Shown here one piece after another: positions 57,316 to 64,000 of a stretch of 64,000 bases of DNA. The position numbers and the translations under genes are program-made. The stretch spans positions 310,001-374,000 of the forward strand of contig CDRNVI010000087.1 in the NCBI GenBank assembly GCA_977017575.1, in the 5' to 3' direction. This DNA is from Paramoeba atlantica (lineage: Eukaryota > Protista > Discosea). The first letter of the stretch is position 1. Each line of letters opens with the position of its first letter. A model generated the notes under the pieces. It worked only from the letters and a program-made list of their open reading frames with translations, was not told the origin of the DNA and made no database searches.

Positions 57316-58068
57316 TTGAATATTTTATCTAATTTATGTGCAATGGATTCCCAAGCGCCATCCACGCGCCCGTCGAAGGTTGGTGCATTGAATTTACCAC
57401 AAGAAATGGATCTTGAGCGGCTCATTAGTGGTTTGCACACTCGTCATGAGAGCTGGAATTCTAACATTTCTGCTTGCAAATGGAAAGGCATCAAGTGTAA
57501 TTCAGAGGAGAAAGTTACTGAAATAAGGTGGAGCCGTCAAAAGTTGAGTGGATCCATGAAGTTTGCATGTATTTTAATGTCCGTTGAGACGTTCGATATT
57601 GAATACAACAGCATATCAGGGGAAAACGTCCTAAGTGAACTTTTCCCATTAGTAAAGTTAAGGCATTTCTTTCTGGGAGGAAACAAATTTACAGGCAATC
57701 CGGATCTGACAAGACTCCCGAAGCTTTCTACCGGCGCATGGATGGAAACAAACGAATTGTCTGGTGATATATGCCTTACACAGTTGCCCGTCGATCTGGT
57801 ACATCTTGATGTTAGTGATAATTTCTTGACTGGAAAATTAGATTTCGGGGCACTCCCGGACACTCTGGAAGCTTTATACTTGTCTGGAAACGAATTCGAA
57901 GGAATGATAGATTTATTAGTCCTTCCGGAGAAGCTAGATACCCTTACTTTAGATAAAAATCCGCTTCTGGAAGGTACAATAGTCGCAAGCAAGCTCCACC
58001 CGCGATTAAAAAAAAGTATTCAATTATTGAGATGTTCTTCGAATACCAAACTTGTAGTCGTAGATTAA
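57316..58068 (+). CDS. Small LRR protein, copy 14
   Basis: RPSKVGALNLPQEMDL, SWNSNISACKWKGIKC, LRRs. Confidence 0.85.
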   Translation: MNILSNLCAMDSQAPSTRPSKVGALNLPQEMDLERLISGLHTRHESWNSNISACKWKGIKCNSEEKVTEIRWSRQKLSGSMKFACILMSVETFDIEYNSISGENVLSELFPLVKLRHFFLGGNKFTGNPDLTRLPKLSTGAWMETNELSGDICLTQLPVDLVHLDVSDNFLTGKLDFGALPDTLEALYLSGNEFEGMIDLLVLPEKLDTLTLDKNPLLEGTIVASKLHPRLKKSIQLLRCSSNTKLVVVD

Positions 58069-58393
58069 TAAACTAACTAATTTATACTACTAGATTAATA
58101 TTTAAAAAAAATCGATTCGATAAGCGCGGTGGTTGCTTTCGGAATAGAAGTCACGCATGCTGTACGCTTCGCCTCACAGCCTTTTTCTCCTCACTTTTCT
58201 CCAAAATTCGCAAAGCCCGCTACTTAGAAGGGGGCAACGCATCTGTGGTGATTGACAGAATATGGAAGAATTCGAAAGTGAAAGGCAAAACAATTTCGGC
58301 GACGCTTCGCGGCACCTACGTTTTTCCCATTTGTGTGATGCACTGGTGGTGGTGCCTAAGCTGCGAAATGACTCATTTGGTATAATGAATATA

Positions 58394-59060
58394 AACCCCC
58401 CTTCATCAATAAGGCACCCCACCTTATTTTTGGCACAGCGCGACGTGGATAGGTTATAGCACCATCTTGTCGTGTAAAATTTTGAGATCTGCACGTTCCC
58501 GATGTTTTTAGAACTCTTCACGAATAAAAAATAAAACCACACTTTTTCAATATTTTTTTTACAGAGTCATGCTAATATTAGCAGAAAAATTACATGTTCA
58601 GCGGCCAGGGGGGAAGGGGGGCAATATGAAAATGGCGTCACAGCTCTTCGCTAGGGGAACGAGATCTTTCGTTTGCAACAAAAATGAGCAAAAACAGATA
58701 ACAAACATTGAATTTTTCACGTGGTGGAATATTTGACTTTGATTGATTTTTTCTTGAAACGGTGAAAATTCAACTTTTTTAAGCAATTCCCTTTATTTTC
58801 CTCTTGAAGGGGTCTAAGGGGGTTAGGATATCACTTTCTCGTTCAAAATCATGGGATCTACACTTTCCCGCCATTTTTAGATCATTTTAAAAAACGAAAA
58901 AAAATCTGCTTTATTTTTGTGCATCATCATACCACACCAACTTTAAAAAACAAACACTCTGCGGCCAAGGGGCACAAGTGGGCCAATATTAAAAAATATT
59001 AAAAAATAGCGGCGAAGCTCGTTGCTAGGGGAACGAGACCTCTCGTTTTCAATAAAAATA
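58394..59060. mobile_element. Degenerate AACC-terminus MITE related to 19590 and 46262
   Basis: TA-aacccccc end, tttgagatctgcacgttccc motif, segment matching 19830-19945 in reverse; far end unclear. Confidence 0.55.
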
Positions 59061-60208
59061 AGCAAAAAAATATTAAAAAATGAATTTCTCATGAGAGGAG
59101 AAGTTTTGATGCGCGGTAATTTCGCGAGCTTTCACATCACGCAAACGAGAAAAGGGGACGAACCGAGCTTAATGAACCCCGGCTCACGAAATCTGACCCC
59201 CCACTTTGTTGCATTTTGCACATCTCATCAAGAGAATTTTGTGCCCAGGAACTGGATAAAACAAAGAACAATGAGCATGTTTAAAAAAAGAAAAGCAAAG
59301 ATCCTCGCCCGCCCTCGTGGCAATGCATTTTACAGTTTAGATTTTTTTTGCCGTAGTATGAGAAAACATGGCGCCGCTTCTTTTTTTCACACCCTTTCCA
59401 TCACCCCCCTCCTTTATTATGGACAAAAGCGGAAAAAATGTCCATAATAAAGCGGAAGCCACAGTAATATTACGTGAGGCGCTGCGGGTGTGCATCACCC
59501 ACAGTCTATTACTGGGGGGGTATACGGTAATTTTTTTCATGCTTTCGGGAAAAAATTTATGCATTTGGGAAAAATCGTGCTTAGAGAACGCAAAAATGAC
59601 ACTAGATACGTATCCAATATCCAATATGATAACCCTTCTTTTTTACCACAAATTGAAGTCATTTGCGATAGTTTTTAAATGGATTTCTTAATTTGTCAAC
59701 ATGTTCTACTGTTAAAGGATGTCTGAAACATAGCGTCTTATATTTCGTGTCTATTCCTTCTAGCTAAAGCACACAAGGATTATAGTTCCTAGTACCGTGC
59801 TATGAGCAAGGTTCGACTTTCCGGTGGATTACGCTGATTCGGGAGAAGAGGAAGTCAGCTATCTCTTGGCTAAAGGAAAAAACTAAAAACTGAAAGGAGA
59901 AAACTGAAAACTCTTAAGGAAAAAACTGAAAATAATGATTTTTTTAGGGTGGGCAAAACAAAATCGGGGGTTTCGACAAAAATTTTAAGGTTTTCGAACG
60001 CGTTTCGAACGAAGCGACTAAAAATGAAGAATTTGCGAAGGTCCAGAATAATCCAACTTTTGGTACAAATGTCTTCCTCCCATTTTTACAGACTTTTTTG
60101 TTTTCAAGCTACATTGAACCGAAAAAATATTCCTGAATCTATTGACGTGATGAATGTTGATGTTTTGTCCCTTAAACGCCCTAGCTACATATCCGCACGG
60201 AAAATATA

Positions 60209-60460
60209 CTCCCCCTGTCATTAATAATGATAATCTTAAAAAAATTATCATTCTATGTGGTGAAAACTCTTAAAAAATTATCAACTTATTTTCATACAGA
60301 ATTTTCATACAAAATGTTTTGTGTCTTACAAAGTACGTTTTTTGAACTAAAAAATGATCAACCTATTTTCATGTTTTGGGCCACATTTTCGTATTTATTT
60401 TTCCATGACTTCTCGATCATTGAAAAAGAAGCGCCCATTAGATGAATCGGGCTCCATTGA
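60209..60460. mobile_element. Left end of a CTCCCCCT-TIR element, cut off at the bacterial junction
   Basis: TA-ctccccctgtcattaat resembles the TIRs at 28724 and 52609. Confidence 0.55.
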
Positions 60461-61201
60461 GTAAGAATTGGAAACAAGCTTTATTTTGGTGAAGATGAGA
60501 GTTTAGTGGCTGAAGTAATCGATAATACTACCTCTAGAGGAAGAACTTTGCGTTTTCTTTATGATGGCTCATATACCGATTTCAGGAGAAAACTGAGGCA
60601 GTTGGGGGAAACTCCACTACCAAAATATATAAAGCGTGATGTGGAGCCACAAGACGAAGAGCGCTACCAGACTATTTATGCCAAATACGAAGGAGCGGTG
60701 GCCGCGCCAACCGCTGGATTGCATTTTTCCAAGCATTTGCTAAAAAGATTGGAAATAAAGGGAATAGACTTTGCCGAAGTTACACTTCATGTAGGTTTGG
60801 GAACTTTTAACCCGGTAGAAGTGGAAGATTTGTCTAAACACAAAATGGATAGCGAGGAATTGGTTATTGATGAGCGGGCTACCGAAGTTGTAAATACGGC
60901 AAAAGACAACAAAAAACGAGTGTGTGCTGTAGGTACCACAGTAATGCGCGGATTGGAAAGTGCGGTTTCATCAGAGCACTCATTGAATACCTTTGAAGGG
61001 TGGACCAACAAATTTGTTTTTCCACCATATGATTTCAGTATAGCCAATTGCATGATCACCAATTTCCACCTGCCAAAATCTACACTATTGATGATGGTTT
61101 CGGCATTCATTGGTCATGATTTGATGAAAAAAGCATACAAACAGGCTATTTTGGAGCAATATCGCTTCTACTCCTACGGGGACGCTATGTTGATTATCTA
61201 A
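60461..61201 (+). CDS. queA: S-adenosylmethionine:tRNA ribosyltransferase-isomerase, 5'-truncated
   Basis: Frame open from 60461 ([19 protein letters not shown]...), [41 protein letters not shown]; roughly the first 100 codons missing; Bacteroidota-type sequence. Confidence 0.93.
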   Translation, partial: VRIGNKLYFGEDESLVAEVIDNTTSRGRTLRFLYDGSYTDFRRKLRQLGETPLPKYIKRDVEPQDEERYQTIYAKYEGAVAAPTAGLHFSKHLLKRLEIKGIDFAEVTLHVGLGTFNPVEVEDLSKHKMDSEELVIDERATEVVNTAKDNKKRVCAVGTTVMRGLESAVSSEHSLNTFEGWTNKFVFPPYDFSIANCMITNFHLPKSTLLMMVSAFIGHDLMKKAYKQAILEQYRFYSYGDAMLII

Positions 61202-61291
61202 AATTACAGTTCCTAAATCATAGGGAATCAGAAAAATACAATCCCGTTTAGCGTTTGACTTTACGGGATTTTTCTTGACTATCTTTAAGCG

Positions 61292-62332
61292 GTGGAAATC
61301 AAAAAAAAGGACATAAGGGCATTGACTAAAGAGCAGCTGCGGAATTTCTTTGTGGACCAGGGCGACAAAGCATTTAGAGGTAATCAGGTGTATGAATGGC
61401 TGTGGCAAAAATCAGCCCATTCCTTTGAAGCCATGACCAACATTTCTAAGGAAACCCGACAAATGTTGGAGGACAATTTTGTGATTAACCATATAAAGGT
61501 GGACCAGATGCAACGAAGTGCGGATGGGACTATCAAAAATGCTGTGCAGCTTCATGACGGACTGGTGGTAGAATCTGTGCTCATTCCCACCGAAACTCGA
61601 ACCACGGCATGTGTGTCCAGTCAGGTTGGTTGCAGCTTGGATTGCAGGTTTTGTGCCACTGCACGCTTAAAACGCATGCGCAACCTAAATCCGGATGAAA
61701 TCTATGATCAGGTTGTTGCCATTGACAACGAAAGCAGATTGTATTTTAATAAGCCTTTGAGCAATATTGTATTTATGGGAATGGGAGAACCCCTTATGAA
61801 CTATAACAATGTGTTGAAAGCCATTGAAAAAATAACCTCCCCAGAAGGGCTTGGAATGTCACCAAAACGAATTGTGGTGTCTACCTCCGGAGTGCCTAAA
61901 ATGATAAAAAAAATGGCGGATGAAGAGGTGAGGTTTGGTTTGGCCGTTTCCTTGCATTCCGCAATTGATGAGGTTAGGACCTCCATTATGCCCTTTAATG
62001 CTACTTTTCCGTTGAAGGACTTAAGGGAAGCGCTACAATATTGGTACAACAAGACCAAAAACCGAATTACATACGAATACGTTGTCTGGGAGGGAATCAA
62101 TGATACACTAGAGGCGGCTAACGCTTTGGTTAAATTCTGCAAGTTTGCCCCTTCCAAGGTGAACATCATCGAATATAATCCCATAGACGACGGGGAATTT
62201 CAGCAAGCACCAGCAGAGGCAGTTGAAATGTACAAAAGGACTTTAGAGCGAAATGGAATTACCGTAACTGTCAGACGTTCTAGAGGTAAAGATATTGATG
62301 CGGCCTGTGGTCAATTGGCCAATAAACAGTGA
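61292..62332 (+). CDS. rlmN: 23S rRNA m2A2503/tRNA methyltransferase (radical SAM)
   Basis: CVSSQVGCSLDCRFCATA CxxxCxxC, FMGMGEPL, SLHSA, DIDAACGQL. Confidence 0.96.
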   Translation: MEIKKKDIRALTKEQLRNFFVDQGDKAFRGNQVYEWLWQKSAHSFEAMTNISKETRQMLEDNFVINHIKVDQMQRSADGTIKNAVQLHDGLVVESVLIPTETRTTACVSSQVGCSLDCRFCATARLKRMRNLNPDEIYDQVVAIDNESRLYFNKPLSNIVFMGMGEPLMNYNNVLKAIEKITSPEGLGMSPKRIVVSTSGVPKMIKKMADEEVRFGLAVSLHSAIDEVRTSIMPFNATFPLKDLREALQYWYNKTKNRITYEYVVWEGINDTLEAANALVKFCKFAPSKVNIIEYNPIDDGEFQQAPAEAVEMYKRTLERNGITVTVRRSRGKDIDAACGQLANKQ

Positions 62333-62487
62333 ACAATTATCAATAATCAATTGTAAGTAGCCATCCGATTGTTGTAATTTATCGAAGCTTTCTACCTGCC
62401 AACTTAAAACTTGATGCTTCCCATGACCAACTCTGGCATTTTGCCTACTTTTAGGCTTCCAAAACTAGAATAACAAAAGGCATAGTA

Positions 62488-63465
62488 TTGAAGGTAGTTT
62501 CACAGATTAGGGAACCCATTGAGCAGGAAATGCAACTTTTTGAGGAAAAATTCCTCAAGTCCATGTCTTCCAAAGTGGCCTTGTTCAACAGAATTACCTA
62601 TTACATTGTAAATCGAAAGGGGAAGCAAATGCGCCCCATGTTCGTATTTCTCACTGCCAAATTGATCAACAATGGCAGCGTAAATGACAGAACCTACTGC
62701 GGAGCCTCCATCATAGAACTGATTCACACGGCAAGTTTGGTCCATGATGATGTCGTGGACGACAGCCATAAAAGGAGAGGCTTTTTTTCTATAAATGCGC
62801 TCTGGAAAAATAAAATAGCTGTATTGGTTGGGGATTTTCTTTTTTCTAAAGGGGTATTGGTGGCTTTGGAGAACAAAGACTATGATCTTTTGCACATTAT
62901 TTCCAACGCGGTCAAGGATATGAGCGAAGGAGAACTGCTCCAAATTGAAAAAGCACGCCTTTTAGATATCACCGAAGAGGTGTACTATGATATCATTCGT
63001 CAAAAAACGGCTACTTTGATTGCAGCTTGTTGCAGTATGGGGGCCTGCTCAGTAAAACCGGATTCTGAGGATGTGGAAACCTTTAGAAAATTTGGGGAAC
63101 TGTGCGGCATGGCTTTTCAGATTAAGGACGACCTTTTTGACTATGGAGCTGAGAAAATTGGCAAGCCAACCGGAATAGATATCAAAGAACAAAAAATGAC
63201 GTTGCCACTTATTTATGTCCTCAATCAAAGTGACAAAGAAAAAAGACGCTGGCTCATCAATTCCATTAAAAATCACAACAAGGATAAAAAAAGGGTCAAG
63301 GAAGTTATCACTTATGTTAAGGAAATGGGGGGATTGGAATATGCTGTCACCAAAATGTTGGCTTTTAAGGATGAGGCACTGTCCTTGTTGAACAATTACC
63401 CTGATTCTGCATATAAAAGCGCCCTTACCTTGATGGTCAACTATGTGGTAGACCGTAAAAAGTAG
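62488..63465 (+). CDS. Polyprenyl diphosphate synthase (IspB-like)
   Basis: GKQMRP, HDDVVDDSHKRRG (FARM), QKTA, FQIKDDLFD (SARM). Confidence 0.93.
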   Translation: MKVVSQIREPIEQEMQLFEEKFLKSMSSKVALFNRITYYIVNRKGKQMRPMFVFLTAKLINNGSVNDRTYCGASIIELIHTASLVHDDVVDDSHKRRGFFSINALWKNKIAVLVGDFLFSKGVLVALENKDYDLLHIISNAVKDMSEGELLQIEKARLLDITEEVYYDIIRQKTATLIAACCSMGACSVKPDSEDVETFRKFGELCGMAFQIKDDLFDYGAEKIGKPTGIDIKEQKMTLPLIYVLNQSDKEKRRWLINSIKNHNKDKKRVKEVITYVKEMGGLEYAVTKMLAFKDEALSLLNNYPDSAYKSALTLMVNYVVDRKK

Positions 63466-63651
63466 TCTTTCTAGGGGCTAGATGTTTAGTATTTGGATTA
63501 TGGAATTTGAGATTTGCCCAATCAATCTATCTTAAAATGTACTCCTTAACATAACTTCAGTTTGACCATTGGGTATTAATTTTCCTTTTCGGGGCAACCT
63601 TTTTAAGAACTACTGCGTCTATCTTTATAACATACAAATTGAGAACCACTG

Positions 63652-64000
63652 TTGAAGATTGTGTCCCTATATACCAACGAGAAACTTTTGATTAAAAAGG
63701 CCATTGCAGGTGATCCGCATTGCCAAAAACATCTGTATGAAAAGTTTGCACCAAAAATGTTAGGTGTTTGCCGACAGTATATCAGGGATCTACAATTTGC
63801 GGAGGATGTTATGATCAATGGGTTTGTAAAGGTTTTTAAGAATTTGGGTTCTTTTGAACATCGTGGAAGTTTTGAAGGATGGATTAGAAAAATTATGGTA
63901 AGGGAGAGTATCTCGTATTTGCGAAAAAAACAGTTTGTGGTGTACGATGATGAGGCATTACAGTCCCAACCAAAGAATTCCGCGGAAGAATCATCAATCT
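63652..64000 (+). CDS. ECF sigma-70 factor, runs off the window end
   Basis: TTG start; MKIVSLYTNEKLLI...LYEKFAPKMLGVCRQY...AEDVMINGFVKVF...SFEGWIRKIMVRESI (region 2); missing from the ORF track because it has no stop in the window. Confidence 0.85.
   Translation, partial: MKIVSLYTNEKLLIKKAIAGDPHCQKHLYEKFAPKMLGVCRQYIRDLQFAEDVMINGFVKVFKNLGSFEHRGSFEGWIRKIMVRESISYLRKKQFVVYDDEALQSQPKNSAEESSI

Noticed and set aside
1-60460. Giant-virus or endogenous-virus origin of the LRR/transposase region
   Set aside because: No capsid, packaging ATPase, polB or other viral hallmark; TE spectrum and AAC fit a nuclear genome. Not strictly excluded
61265-63630. Bacteroidota -7 promoter boxes upstream of rlmN, the prenyltransferase and sigma
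   Set aside because: Only TAnnTTTA near-matches to TAnnTTTG; cannot be supported by eye
740-63818. Many short antisense or alternate-frame ORFs overlapping LRR, transposase, AAC and bacterial genes
   Set aside because: Shadow ORFs with no recognisable motifs
60461-64000. Novel bacterial system or operon
   Set aside because: Ordinary housekeeping genes; nothing unusual apart from the truncation

Overview
Positions 1 to ~60460 are eukaryotic (protist-like) DNA. They hold 14 co-oriented, intronless copies of one small leucine-rich-repeat (LRR) protein family (11 open, 3 broken or truncated) and one mitochondrial ADP/ATP carrier gene. These sit among dense, often nested transposons: Tc1/IS630-like (DD32E and DD35E), pogo-like (DD33D/34D/35D/43D), hAT-like, Merlin/IS1595-like, Sola-like MITEs, a CRE-type non-LTR remnant, a bacterial-type IS30 catalytic core and a Helentron-like hairpin repeat with G-quadruplex VNTRs. 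At ~60461 the sequence switches abruptly, inside a eukaryotic TE and inside a codon-intact queA, to ordinary Flavobacteriaceae-like DNA (queA', rlmN, polyprenyl synthetase, ECF sigma). That is most likely an assembly chimera or contamination; recent integration is possible. The best candidates for something new are the diversified LRR array, the DD32E Tc1 lineage, the IS30 core in eukaryotic context, and a 96-bp multi-hairpin tandem array inside a 108-bp-TIR element. All family assignments come from motif recognition by eye; no database search was run.
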